This document shows positions 39,305 to 53,365 of a stretch of 64,000 bases of DNA, one piece after another. Numbering within the stretch: the first letter of the stretch is position 1; each line of letters begins with the position of its first letter. Source of the DNA: Eledone cirrhosa (Eukaryota). The notes beneath the pieces are model-generated. The model searched no databases. It saw nothing but the letters and a program-made list of their open reading frames with translations, and was not told the origin of the DNA. Position numbers and translations under genes: made by a program. The stretch is from assembly GCA_964016885.1 (NCBI GenBank), contig OZ024741.1, positions 348,068,001-348,132,000 of the forward strand. Direction: 5' to 3'.

Positions 39305-39390
39305 TCTCCCGGACACATTAGAGATTTAATCTGTTTCGCCCTGAGAATTGTGTTTGTAACAGATAATCGATGGGCATCATCAGCGAGAGA
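39305..39390 (-). ncRNA. Type I hammerhead ribozyme (canonical CTGATGA plus extra U)
   Basis: TCTCTCG-CTGATGA-T-GCCC..GGGC-GAAA-CAGATTA..TAATGTG-TC-CGGGAGA; 7-bp stem I. Confidence 0.78.
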
Positions 39391-39584
39391 ATAGATTAAA
39401 TGAAACAAACACCTAAGCCAAAAAGCCACACGAATGAATATTTCGCCTCGTGAGCTTATAAGTTGGGTGTATTAGGCTATTGTTTCTAGCCAATCCACTC
39501 ACACCACTTTTGACTTCTAGCACAGGAGGTGAAATATTCATTCGTGTGTCTTTTTGGCTTAGGTGTTTGTTTCATTTAATCGAT

Positions 39585-39670
39585 TCACTCGATGATGATG
39601 CCCACCGATTATCGGTTACAAACACAATTCTCAGGGCGAAACAGATTAAATCCATAATCTGTCCGGGAGA
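39585..39670 (+). ncRNA. Type I hammerhead copy with ATGATGA core
   Basis: TCACTCG-ATGATGA-T-GCCC..GGGC-GAAA-CAGATTA..TAATCTG-TC-CGGGAGA. Confidence 0.68.
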
Positions 39671-39810
39671 TGTAATAGTTATTGAGGTGATCTGTATATA
39701 TTTTATTTTATTTTATGTATTTTCAGTTTGCTTCTGATTAAATTTCTCAAACAAATGTGGTATTTCAACCCTCGTAATTTTAGAAACACGATTTACTGTG
39801 TTTATTACTT

Positions 39811-39917
<107 letters not shown>

Positions 39918-39952
39918 ACATATATATATATTATATATATATATATATATAT

Positions 39953-39986
<34 letters not shown>

Positions 39987-39995
39987 CATACATAC

Positions 39996-40045
<50 letters not shown>

Positions 40046-40129
40046 GTACATACATATATGTTTATATATATATATATTTGTGTGTGTGTCTGTCCGTCTG
40101 TCTGTCTGCTTGTGTTTAAATATATACAT

Positions 40130-40493
40130 ATAATTGTTTCTCCATTTGGCACACGGCCAGCAATTATCCAGTACATTACTGGTACTTTATTTTATCGATC
40201 CCATAAGGATGAAATGCAAAGTTAACCTCAACGGGATTTGAACTCAGACCGTAAAGTGACGTAACTATGCTAGAAAGCATTGCGTCCAGCCCTCTACCGA
40301 TACTGCCAAACATATAATTGTTTCTACTTTAGGCACAAGGCCAGCAACTACCCAGTACATTACTGGTACTTTATTTTATCGACCCCGTAAGGATGAAAGG
40401 TAAAGTTAACCTCGGCGGGATTTGAACTCAGACTGTAAAGGGACGTAACTATGCTAGAAAGCATGGCGTCCAACCCTCTACCGATACTGCCAG
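40130..40493 (-). mobile_element. Two head-to-tail copies of SINE family 1
   Basis: 40130-40308 and 40314-40493 both match the reverse complement of 16329-16508. Confidence 0.85.
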
Positions 40494-42129
40494 AGGTGTA
40501 TATGTTCGTATGCATACATGTCCGTTTTTCTTTTGTTTTCTTTGTGGGTTTTTTTTTTTTGTTCTTCGTAATTTAAAAATTATACTCTCTTGAATCCTGT
40601 CACAAATCAGCTACTCAAAGATTTGTCCCTTCCCTTAGGCGATTCACAACCATTCATCCGGTATTATTTTAAATTTTATTGCAGGAATGTATAGTCTCAG
40701 TTGCGATTCTTCTCCATTTATACAAGCGCAGTCATATTTTGATCAAGTATTTGAGACGTATCAATTAGGTCCAGCTACAGAGTATCGATAGTTTTTCTTT
40801 TGCACTGGATTTGCGATTTGCAAATTTCTTCACTACAATTTTCTCCACAATATAACGTGTCACCGTTTTGAGGTACCGATAGACACTATAAATATATTTA
40901 GGTTTAATTTTAGAACTATTAACACCGACAAGCATCAACGCACTTTAAACAATTTCTTAAATTTAAACGCTACCACTATATGTTTCCTGGTATATACAGA
41001 AGATATATTTAGAAGCGATTGTAGCTCTGACAGAAGCTATAGACATTTAAATAGATCTTCTATTTAAAGGAAAGGAAATCAGCATGTTTCCTGCACCACA
41101 TAACTTTAAGCCGTTCAACCATATATGATACCCCCATCCTAATTTCCCTTCACAATAACTTAAATATAATTTCGATACAAATTTGACTTTTAAGGCATAT
41201 TTCCCTATATTGTTTGCTGAGGTTGTTGTTGAGATTACCACATGTTAAAATCTGATAGAGAAACATAGTAGCATACGAATTCCTGCAATCTTGTACCCGT
41301 TCTTTACTCACATTACGCAATATATTTCTTCTTATTCCATGAGGGTTGAAATGCTTGATGCTATATCTAAGAAATCCGAGCCAACACACACACAAACATT
41401 TTGTTTCGTTTGCATTATCCTTAATGTCAGAGGAAGATATATTTTTCCTAGTATTATTATTATTTAGTGTTAGTTATGCTTTATCGTCAATAGTTTTTTT
41501 CAGGGATTACGAAATACGCCTCTATATAGAGAAAAAGAAATATTACAGTTAATGCGATATTGAATAACCCAATTAACTATCAATTGTTTGAAAGCTGTAC
41601 TGCATCAGTGATTACATGATGCGAATTTCAAATGTGCTCACCCATCACACTGCAGTGTAACACAACAATGAATGTATCCTTATAGTAAGCCAAAAAACTA
41701 TAAGCTGGATGAAAATGCTTCACGTGTAACGAAATTTGCAATCATGAAATTTCCTAACCTAGATATTTTGAATCAACAGTTTTATTTAGCTAAACAATTG
41801 AACAGATTATTGAAATATAACCCAGCCATTTGTAAACGTAGTTCTAGAAAATGTCCTCCATGAACCTCACCTGGTAATATTTTCCAGCCATCTCTTAGAT
41901 TGCCATTTCTGGAGTTCATACAGTTCAACACGTTAGCCGTCTGAAATGTTTCCTCACGATTCCTAATTTCTAATTTATTCACCATTCACTTAAACACTCC
42001 GTTGTAAACTTATAACAATTGTCTTTGAAAGTTTGCTATATATTTTGAATTGTGTGTATTGGGTCCTGTGGTAGCGTGTTTTATTTTGTTGTCTGCATAC
42101 ACATATCTAATATAACGAACGCATATTCG

Positions 42130-42268
42130 TGGCGGCGAATGGGCAGGGTTTTGCAGCACCGAATAGAATACATTGATGTATTCCTTCCGGCTATCTGCGC
42201 TCTGAGTTCAAATCGCGCCGAATTTAACTTTGCCTTTAATCCATTCGCGGTCGATAAATAGTACGAGT
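42130..42268 (+). mobile_element. Diverged SINE family 1 copy
   Basis: tggcggcgaatgg..ctgagttcaaatcgcgccga.tttaactttgcctttaatcc..ggtcgataaat. Confidence 0.7.
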
Positions 42269-43836
42269 GTAGAACTTGGGTCGATTTTTCGCCTTTATCT
42301 CTTTCTCACATCCATCCACTCACTTTATCTTTCTCTGGAAGAAATCTGCTATATTAAAACCTAGAGTGGAGTTTGGCTCCGCTAGCTTAATGAAATGCCC
42401 TAGAAAACACCTTATTTTCAATATGGCACCCCTAACACTTCCCCAAGTGTTACGGGACTAGACGAGAATAAAATCTATATTACAATTTTCTAATTCGTTG
42501 AATGTACTGGACTTACTTTATAAAATGAAATGGAATAGATTATCTTGCCAGTTTATTTACGCATCAAAAAGCTGATTCTTTAGAAGATAAACACGTTTTT
42601 ACTTTAAATTCATATTAATTTTAGAAATGTCATTCTAAATACAGATTTTGGCTTTCATTATACCAGGTCAATGTTAAAGAGACCTCTGTCATTTTAGTAT
42701 GACTATGTTGTTCAAATCATCTTTATATTCCTGAAAGTACTTTGAATTTCCAGGCAACTAGTCGGGGTCGTTATAGTTTAGAGATGTGGATATTTGAGAA
42801 TATATCCAAAATGATGAATTAATTATTATAATTAATACACACCTTAGTTAGAATTTCTATAATTAAGCAAATAATTATTTTTTTATATTTTTGTGTAAAC
42901 TTTATACCTTGTTCTTCTAATGACATTCAAATCAAACTCAGAATCTGACATATAGACGCTTTAGAAATGTTCTTAGTTAGTTGTTTTTGTTGTCATAATT
43001 CATTTTAAATATTCATTCTAAATTGTAAACAAGCAAGTCGATATCAATTAGGTATGGATTCGGTTGTTTACAAATAAAAATGAATAATTATAAAGACAAA
43101 CGCCACACCTCGTCAAAAGACGTCTACCAATTATCATTATGTAATTAAAGAAGAAAGTTTTATGTTTGCCGAAATTTATAATGTTATAAGGTCAGTGGTA
43201 GTTACTGCAGAAAGTAGTTTAGGCAGTTAGTTTAATACAATTTTCTTAACAAATATACAGGTACTTGACAGGATATTTTGTATCGACCTCTCTGACCCGG
43301 CGGAATTAGATCCAGATGTTGATTCATTTCTTTGAAATATCTAGAATTTTTCTTTTATATATATTTATATAAATACGTCATGACATATCATTTTGCGTCT
43401 CGTTGCTCAATATATTTTATATTGTTAACATAAAAGATGACTGCTCGGTCTTCAAGTGTAAATTAAAATGGAATATATTGAAGTCTTCTGGGAAATTATA
43501 CAAGTCAATTAGCATTGTTTGAAGAATATTATTAACATTTGGTTTTTGAACTAGTGAAGTAAATAAGAGGAATTTATCCGGGATTTTACCCGCTAGAAAT
43601 CCACAACATTTTATATACAGCATTATATTCATTTAATAATTGCTTCTATCTTTGGCACAATGCTGATGGATACAACAGTAATCTATTCCTCAGTAGGGCA
43701 AATCTTTGAAGAACGAGCTTTGGTTACAGTGGAAGTTTTCATCGGTGTGTCTTCCAAATAACATAATATTGTAAATCAATGATGTGAAATATATACACGT
43801 TGACATTTCAATATGGAATTTCAAACACACACACAT

Positions 43837-43906
<70 letters not shown>

Positions 43907-45799
43907 TGGAAAATACATATATATGGTTATATGCCAATCTCATTAAAATTTGAAATAATCTATGATCGCAGTGATCAACAAAATCGCATGAAGGCAATGG
44001 CCAAGATAGTCGCAATCAGTCTAGTAACCAGAAACTATAAAAAAGTAAGAAATAAAATAATGCAGTCGTAAGTATTTTGCTTGAATAGAAAATAAGGTGT
44101 CCATAAATGGAGTGACGTTTATCATAACATTAAGCAATCAATGCAGTACTTCATTTGGTATAATTTGTTACACAATATAATTTCACGAAGCGCAAATAAA
44201 TTAATATAGATAGCAGAGCGTGGCGGAATTTCATGCCTCTCCATTTCTTTCTACTTTTCGAACATTTGCAATGTATTATAATAAAAGAACATTTGTCTCA
44301 AGAAGAAATAAAACTTAATTCATTCTCTAGAATCAATAACTACATTCAACGCGCTCCCTTTTTCTGCAAAATATTAATTACTCTGCAATCACCCTCCTTA
44401 TGAGATGATGTCTATATAATGTATATATCTATAGAAACAGAAGCTGAGATGGTTAATTAGATGTAAATATATTTCATAGATAATTTGATAAGAAAATTGT
44501 ACAAATATGAAGCGGAATTAGAAAACATCAAGCAAATACAAGCTGGTTTCAAGATTAGCGTTATTAAAACAGGAATCGAATATGAGATACATTTTGGCGA
44601 GATTGGTCAAATTGTTGGTATAGCAAATAATAAGGATCTATAGACAAATTCTCAGATTGATTCACAAACATATTGTTGTCGTCCTTGCTGTCATTTTTGA
44701 TTTTGTCATTGTTCTTGTTTTAAACCCCCATACTTATATATAGATTGTTATACGTGATTAAATGCTTTTCAGTAGTGAGCATCATATATTTCGTATGGTA
44801 TTATATAATACAACAGAATGCCCTGTGAGCAAAATGTGTCTTTTATCAGGTCGAGAAATTATGTAATTACTGCAGCATTACGTTCAATATTGTACATGTT
44901 TTCAATGAAGGAACATAATTTGGAAAGAGTGACGTGATATTTAGGTTACCGTAAATATTTATTACTGATTATCAGCATATTTTAATTGTTCCACACAAAT
45001 TAAAACGACGGCGATATTCTTTCAGTGAATCACAATTGTTTAAAATATGCCAAATATTATTTACATATATAAATATTGAACAAACCTGCATATTAATTGT
45101 TTTGTACTCAGATTTAAGAAGATTATACTGTCATGATAATCTACTATTTAAGAAGAATGGACTACTTTATAAATATCAGTACTATTTCATATTATCTGTC
45201 GATATGTGCCATTTCACGGTGATTTAACTTCAAATACGTCAATAAAGGTCGTAGGTGATTCCATATTGATACATATTATATAAAATCAATATTGTGTAAT
45301 GTTATTGATATTCCGATAGCCGATATGGCAAAATATAGATTAAGAAGTAAGGTAAAATTTATCGATTTCTAATATCAGAAAACAGGATCAGAAATATGGA
45401 GGCAAGATTATAATCAAATATATCCAATACATTATTTGATTGGTATTATTCCATCAGCATCAGAATGACGAATGGCAATAATGTCACCAGCAGGATTGGA
45501 AATCAAAGCAAAACGAAATACTAAAATATACATCAACTTAGTGTGCTAGCTACAAAGTAAACTCTCTTATGAAGGATATTATATATTAAAGTAGGGCTTT
45601 TAATTGTAATCAGGATAATATATTATGCTGGTCCCACGCTACCAGAGAGGTAGTGAACCAAATAGAAGTTATGTCAGCTTTTCTAATATCACTATTGGCA
45701 CTTATAATAGATAACACATCGATATTTTCAATGACATTTATATATTTCCTAAAAATGTCTGACGATTAAAAATATATATATATATATATATATATACAA

Positions 45800-47589
45800 A
45801 ATGTTACAGTATCGTAAAATAGGATAGGAAGAAGAGGTATAAAGAGGTGCGATGCAGAGTATTACATGCCAAAAGCGGGTGAGTAAGTGCTCGATGCCTG
45901 GGTTATCAGGGTTAAATATAAGAGAAAATTAATATTTAGTGTACAGGATAAAGCAGAGCGCGGTAATAGGCAAAATAGTTACAAGCCGTTAAATCATATC
46001 TTTATAAAGCTCTTACACATGTTTCGCCCAATGGGGCTCATCTGAGGCAGATATTAAGGCAAAGTTTTAATTATATACCCTAATGGGGTAAAATAATAAT
46101 GTTACATCACAGTGCATATTAAATATACGTGGTTAAGTATAAAACACGGTGGGAAGAGATTAGTATGCTAAGGGAGGTAATTACCGGTGCTAGTATAAAG
46201 TTTCTTCTCTAACTAGTGACCTCTACCAGCTACGTAGAAAGTATTATTTTATTATTTAAAAGGAATGAACATAAGTAGGGTTAGTCAACTCAGTGTAAAT
46301 GAGGCCGTGTTAAGGTGTGAGTATGTTTATGAATAATTAGTAAAGTCGTTAAATACCACACACAGGTTTAACTAGTGCAATGGGGCACGCTAGATGCGAT
46401 TCTGAATGCCTAGAAAAATAAAGTAAGTTTGGATAGAATTTGTATATTCATATGATTAATTTCTAAGATGTTGCTTGGGTATAGGCAGTACTTCTATAAG
46501 ATTACCCAAAGAACAGGCTGGACAAGTAGAACAATATAGCGGGTTAGGCCAGGCTGAATATACGCAGTGCGGCTTCCTGGTGGGAAAAAATAGAGTGGAT
46601 GATGGTGTTTTTCCACGTTGTTTAATGGTAAGTCTACCGCCGGTAAGTCAGGCCAGGATGTCGTGTTGAGAGAATCAGGTGCTATGGTGGTTTTACAGTT
46701 GTTGGGGTCCATCTGTAGAACGATTGTTGTAGTCGATGGCCGCAGCTGATGACAGTTTCAGCCCGACTATTTATGAGCTCTTGGGGTGCTTGCACTATAT
46801 AATACAGTTCCATTAGGCAGAGTTGGCAGCTCTTTCAAAAATGGTATGGTGTTGCTTGATTCACAATTTCCCAATGAGTGGTGTAGCTAAGGTTAGAGTC
46901 ATTTAAATGGGTAATATAATTAGCGAGGGAGGTAGAGTATCTAAGATTCCTATTCCTAAAAGAGTGGAAATGTGCTCGAAATCTACTCTTGAACGCCTCA
47001 GAAGTAACTCCTATGTAAGACTTAACACTATTATGACTAGTAACCGAACATCTATAGATAACGTTTTTTGTCAGGCCGTAGCCTCGGGGTGGACAGTTTA
47101 CAGGGTTGCGACAATTGCAATGTTTTTGATGTCCCCTCTAAGGTGGTAAGTGTTAGTGTTAATCGTATTACTATTATTATCACCATCACCATAGCTACCA
47201 TAGTTGTAGTCGGCATTATTATAGCTATAAACACGCGAAATAGTGCCACACCCACCTCTCGTGTAATAGCGTCTTCTACAGCCGTTGTTAGAGCTGTTAT
47301 GGTTTCTAACCCTGTCGTCGGTCTTACTACTGCTGCAGCAGTTAGTCTCTAATGTGGTGTTATTGTGTAATCTACTGCTAATACTAATATACCTGTCATG
47401 GTTACTACTATCATTAATGAACGGGGTAAGAGAATTGTTAAGTTTAACCGAGTTGCCATATTCCCTAAAATTGTCATTATTAGCATGTTGTATTCTAGTG
47501 AGCTTGCTGTGGTTACGTATTGCTATCAGGTCAGCTAGATTAGGTGTAGTGGAATAGGAGATATTTACGTTATTCTTATTGAGGATTGT

Positions 47590-47590
<1 letters not shown>
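45800..47590 (-). mobile_element. Degenerate, internally deleted Naiad-like PLE with minimal HHR in its 3' repeat
   Basis: ILNKNNVNISYSTTPNL..RN linker; HWEIVNQATPY; SCQLCLMELYYI..INSRAE..SCGHR; 3' region shared with 61905-62430. Confidence 0.75.
46009..46047 (-). ncRNA. Minimal hammerhead motif, CAGATGA core
   Basis: GCCT-CAGATGA-GCCC-CATT-GGGC-GAAA-CATGTG-TA-AGAGC. Confidence 0.6.
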
Positions 47591-47627
<37 letters not shown>

Positions 47628-47799
47628 CCATAAACTCTCTCTCTCTCTCCATATATATATATATATATATATTTAAATGCCATGAACTCTAGGTCAGACA
47701 TAATTATAAATTGTAGACACACCAGGTTGAACACCTTCTCTACACAAACATTCGGCCGAGGGCCGCACACTAACCATGACTCAACATAGTGATAACCAC

Positions 47800-48610
47800 C
47801 TTTGCCTTGCCACACCGTCCCTCATCTCAGAGCATTTGCTTTATAACTTGTAAACCCTTTACAAGTTCAGATTTTGTAAATATCATGTCGCATCCATCAC
47901 CCCCACCAAAAGACACATCGCCATACACCCCTCATCTCAGTTCCGTTGTGTTCTATCTGTCCTCTCTGTCAGGTTTTACCTTGTAAACCATAGTAGCATC
48001 CGATCCTGTAAATATAATGTCGAACATATCACCCCATCGCCACCACCACCACCATACACATCGCTATATGAGGGTTGTCTACCATCCCTTATCCATAACC
48101 TTGTTTCCCCGTGTTCCCTCTGTCATTTTTTAACCTGCAATCCTTCGTAAAATTCAATCCTGTAAATATTGTGTCGCACACACCACCAGATACACCACCA
48201 TATACATCACCAGATACACTTCCATACTTCAACAATAATTAACATCATTAACTTCACCAACACATATCACCCCTCCCTCCCGGAACCACTGTGTTATATC
48301 TGTCCTCTCTGTCAGCTTTACCTTGTAAACCACCGTACATTCAGATCATGTAAATATATTGTTGAACATATCACCCCATCGCCACCACCACCACCACCAC
48401 CACCACCACCACTACCACACACATCGCTATAAGTTCACAACCTTGTTTTCCCCGTGTTCCCTATGTCATTTTTTAACCTGTGACCCATCGTAAAATTCGA
48501 TCCCGTATATATTTTGTCGCACACAACACCACCACTGCCACGACAAGGCAAATCTGCATACTTCAAGAATCATTAACATCATTAACATCACCAGCACATC
48601 TCCTCCCTCC
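47800..48610 (+). repeat. Higher-order tandem repeat (~343-bp dimer of related ~150-190-bp subunits)
   Basis: 47943-48270 repeats at 48286-48610. Confidence 0.75.
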
Positions 48611-48654
48611 CTAAACAACGCAAGTGTGTGTGTCTGTGTGTAAGTATATTTATA

Positions 48655-48772
48655 TGTACAACGCCATCTCCATTGGCTCTCCCCTCTCTCTATGTACTAC
48701 GCCATTTCCATGGGCACTCCCCCTCTCTCTATGTACTACGCCATCTCCACTGGCTCTCTCCCTCTCTCTATA
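48655..48772 (+). repeat. ~38-bp minisatellite x3
   Basis: tgtactacgccatctccattggctctcccctctctcta units. Confidence 0.8.
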
Positions 48773-49344
48773 CATATATATATACACATGTGTATGTATA
48801 AAAAGTTTTTGTAAGACTAAGTGTGTCTATGTATCTCCTAATTGTATTTAACACCACCTATACATCCATCACACCACCATAATCACCATTACCACAAAGA
48901 ACAACACCACACCCACACCACACACAATAATCAGCCACAAATATACGCCAATCTGTCTACCGACAATGCCCTCCCACCACTACAGCCCACCTCAGCCTGC
49001 AACCGTCACCACCATCTTATCATCACATCCACCCCCACATGCACTACAGGCAAAAATACCCCTATGAACTATTCCACCAATCAAAACAAACTTTACTGAC
49101 CAACATATGAACTTCTGACTTCATCATATAGCTTGTATTTATTTTCTACTAGCATTTTAAGGGGTCCGTCGAGCTGCAAATTACAGAGTTGGGTAAGATC
49201 GATACGGATCGAACCTTGAGCTGATCAGTGACGAAACGCGCGTTACCAACCAATAAATGTAAGGAAAGAGTAACCAATCGTCCTTGTTATCTTTTATATA
49301 TTGATATGCATCTGTGTGTATATAAATGTTACTAGATATAAATT

Positions 49345-49414
<70 letters not shown>

Positions 49415-49447
49415 AATTTATATATATATATATATATATACATATAT

Positions 49448-49762
49448 ATGGAAAAAATGAAATTCCGTTTCTCACTCTTAGTACGGCTGATACTTTTTCT
49501 AGTTTCTTAGCTGCCACCGTATACCTTCCTTTCTATCGATTGACCGTTTGAAAGTATATACTTTCCTTGTGCATATTAACGTCTGAGCAGCCTAATTTGC
49601 ATATCGAGTGAGTTAGTCGGCCGGGCGTACCGAAAACGATAAATGGAAAAAATGAAATTTCATTTCTCACTCTTAGTATGGCTGATACTTAAATATAAGA
49701 ATGTATACGTACATACATATATGTATACAGACGTACAGTAGTATGTATATACATATATACAT

Positions 49763-49823
<61 letters not shown>

Positions 49824-49824
49824 C

Positions 49825-49864
<40 letters not shown>

Positions 49865-49930
49865 GTATGAGTTTACTGAACATTTATTATAATGTTCGGT
49901 TTGTTTGTTAACAAACAGCCCGAATGAACC
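49448..49930 (+). repeat. Repeat family shared with 17028-17465, with a ~48-bp direct repeat (49448 and 49643)
   Basis: atggaaaaaatgaaatt..ttctcactcttagta.ggctgatactt twice. Confidence 0.7.
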
Positions 49931-51851
49931 TTAAGTTAGAAATAGAGAATAACTATAAAATTGTTAACTTTTTAGACGTAACATTAAACCTTAACAGGGC
50001 TCTACTCTCCATTCCATAAAATTAATGAGAATCTAAACTATGTAATTTTAACTCTAATAATCCTAAATCTATCAAGAACACTAATGTCAATTCTGTCCAA
50101 CAAAGTATTTCACGCATCTCCGTTAATAAAAAAATGTTTGACGATAAGGCAGAATATTATAATGAAACTTTAAATAGAACAGTGTATATAAATAAGTTTA
50201 AATACATCGACACCAGTAATAAGGCAAATCACCCTACTATTAATTGTAATTATAATAAAAAATTTAACTTAAACTCTAAAACTAACAGAAGAACTAGAAC
50301 TAGAAATATTATTTGGTACTCAACCCCCATTCTCATTAAGCGTAAAAACACCTTTAGCACAGCTATTCTTTAAAGCACTAGATAAATGTTTTTTCTAAAG
50401 CCCACAGATATCACTCAATCTTTAACAGACACACTATAAAGCTATCCTACTCTACTACTATGAACATAGCACAACATATAAAAAGAATTAATAATAAAAA
50501 TTTAAACCCTAACCAAAATAACCAAAATAGAAGTAATATCTCTAGCAATATCCAACATAATAGTACCGTTCCGTACAACAACAACTCCGCAAAATGAAAC
50601 TGTAGAATTAAATCAAACTGTCCTTTACAAAATAAGTTTTTAGATAAAAAGGTGGTCTATAAATGTACAGTTAAAACCAGTGATAATATATTTAACTATG
50701 TCGGTGCAACTTCCTCAGAATTCAAAAGTCGCTGGACTAACCACAAATGCTCTTTCCGAAGATTTGATAAAAAATCTTCAACTTCTCTTTCAAACCTGAT
50801 ATGGAACTTAAAATGCAAGAATATGGACTATTCATTAGCTTGGGAAACAGTTTCAATAGCACCCGCGTACTGAAACACAGCTTTATCTAGATTCTGCAAA
50901 TTGTGTATTGAGGAAATGTTTTTCATACTTAAATATAAGAACTCTATTAATCTAAGAACGAATTTATTTAATTCTTGTAGACATCGCTAGAATTTCAACA
51001 TTCAGAACTATACATAACTCATAATTATACTTATAATATTTCTACTTATTTCCATAACAATCTCATGCACTTGGTTTTAATATATTAATATCTCTAAATC
51101 ATAATATCTATAACATTTGCTATAATTCCACTTCTTAAAGCTTCATAAAATATATACGTATATAATTCTAATTTTTTTTTTATTTAAATTTAAATTTTAA
51201 TAATTTTTAATTTTAATAATTTTTAATTCTTTGTTTTTATTTCTTTAATTTTTATTTCTTTAAAAATTACTTATCTCTTATGAATTATTTAAAAAAAATT
51301 TTCTCAAATTTTTCAATATTTTTTCAATACTTTTTCAATATTTTTTCAATACTTTATCAATATTTTTTCAATATTTTTCACTAACTGATTCTGGCTAAAT
51401 GTACTTTCAACATCTATACTTATTTTGACTAAATAGTCTCTCACTAACGAATAAATAAATTAAACCGGAGTTTTTTCCGTATCTTCCCATTTTAAATCAT
51501 ATAAATATAAATATTCTTATTAACTCAGTTAATTTAATTTAATTTAACTTAATATTTATATACATTAAATACAAAACCATTATCCCTCATAACTCATTAG
51601 AACAATTATCTATAATATGATATACCCATCTATTTATTTGTTTATTTATTTATGTATTTATTTATTTATCTACTTATAACAGAAAATATTATATTATAAA
51701 CAGATTTTAAACAACTAATAATGGTAAATACATGTACTATTAAGATATATGCTTAGAATATATTTCCCCAAAATTAACGTTATATGTGTTTTATTCATTT
51801 TCTCTTGTTTCTTTCTTCTCTCTCTCTCTCTCACACTGGTTTTTTTATCCT

Positions 51852-51908
<57 letters not shown>

Positions 51909-52260
51909 GTCGGTTAAATAAACGGTTGCTTTTCAATTATCTACATATTCATTTGCATATTCACACATAAGTTTGAAAAATCCCTAATATATTTCCACTA
52001 TCCAGTGAATTTCCAACCGATAAGGTATGATTTTCATCGGTATGTCTCTGTTTATGAAACAAACTTAGTATTTTATCTGATGAAAGCGTACCAATGTTGT
52101 CTTGGTACCCTTGAAATATATATAATAAAATAAATATGGTTTTATAAATATAGATTCCATTTATTTAATATCATTGAATATTTGCTCCAGTAATCTGATG
52201 AGTGCTCTAAATCAGTTATAAAAATTAATATTTGTCGGACTTCCAACAAATTAAATAGCC
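49930..52260 (+). mobile_element. 5'-truncated Naiad-like PLE (RT thumb + GIY-YIG + 3' pLTR)
   Basis: VNFLDVTLNL, RNIIWY..P, IFNRHTIKLSYST, (TGA)NCR..CPL, VVYKC, YVGAT..FKSRW.NH, CKLCIEE, CRH; HHR at 52070-52131. Confidence 0.88.
52070..52131 (+). ncRNA. Type I hammerhead ribozyme (canonical core)
   Basis: ATTTTAT-CTGATGA-AAGCGTACCAA..TTGGTACCCTT-GAAA-TATATA-TA-ATAAAAT. Confidence 0.8.
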
Positions 52261-52401
52261 CTTCAACTTGGCGTTAGCCCCGCGGTGTTTGCTTGCTACG
52301 GCTTCCTAAAACTGTATTTCTTTGGGGATACGAAATATTTATACATATATATATATATATATATATACACTCACACACAAACGCGCACACACGGACACGC
52401 A

Positions 52402-52402
<1 letters not shown>

Positions 52403-52490
<88 letters not shown>

Positions 52491-52527
52491 ACATACATAC
52501 ACACACACGCACACACATACACACACA
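52403..52527. repeat. (CA)n microsatellite
   Basis: Direct inspection; also 49764-49814 and 55264-55500. Confidence 0.95.
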
Positions 52528-53240
52528 TATATATATATGTGTTATTTTATGTATAGTTTATTTGGCAATATACCGTATGTTCAATTAAAAACATTTAGAA
52601 GACCATACTCTATCAGTTTTAAAGTAGTGACTATATATTGAGTGAGTGTGAAAGACCAAAATTCAATATTGAAAGACTCTGGATTTTGCAAAATACATCA
52701 TATTTTTTTTATTGGAGAAGGTAAAATATTTTTCCGCAAAAATGTGATTGAACTGTTTTGCTTGCACTTATGTATTTTTTGAAAATGTTATTTATTCATT
52801 ATGAAAATTAAATGATAGCAATCTATATGTAGGTGGGTCCTCTTCTTCTCCTGGTAACCAATATTTTTAGACCTAGTCAGCCACTGTATATATATATTCT
52901 TTTCTTTACTTCCCGTCTTTTCTATCTGTATCTTCCTTTTTCTTCTTTTCTTTATTTCCCTCTCTTTCTCTCCACATCTTCCCTTTTCTTTTTTTCTTTA
53001 TTTCCCTCTCATTCTCTCCACATCTTCCCTATTCTTCTTTTCTTTATTTCCCTCTCTTTCTCTCCACATCTTCCCTTTCATCTCCCCTTCTATATTTCTT
53101 CGTTGCTTTACGTCTTCTTCTTCTCTAAGTTTACCATATTATTTGTGGTATATACATGTTGACGGTTGCTGAAATAACTTAGTGCCACTACAGGAATTGA
53201 AGATTCAAGATCTTAGCGGTATGCCGCATATCCAATCTCT

Positions 53241-53311
53241 TATATATTTTATCTGATGAAAACGTTCGGAAACACCATTGTACCTTTGAAATATGTATAA
53301 TAAAATATATA
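53241..53311 (+). ncRNA. Type I hammerhead motif upstream of the Neptune-like ORF
   Basis: TATATATTTTAT-CTGATGA-AAACGT..TACCTTT-GAAA-TATGTA-TA-ATAAAATATATA; stem II weak. Confidence 0.65.
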
Positions 53312-53365
53312 CTTTGGTTTTGATAATATTTCTTATTTATTAATATTTTAAATAATATTATATAT

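Larger units (their letters stand above)
39170..39808. mobile_element. Non-coding inverted pair (~290-bp arms), each arm carrying a type I hammerhead
   Basis: 39170-39455 is the reverse complement of 39518-39808. Confidence 0.82.

Noticed and set aside
47800-48772. CRISPR-like repeat array
   Set aside because: Units are contiguous without unique spacers, there are no cas genes, and the context is eukaryotic.
50860-50880. Second in-frame TGA in the Naiad GIY-YIG as selenocysteine
   Set aside because: The equivalent position is Trp (PYW) in the 57.4-kb copy; simple TGG to TGA decay.
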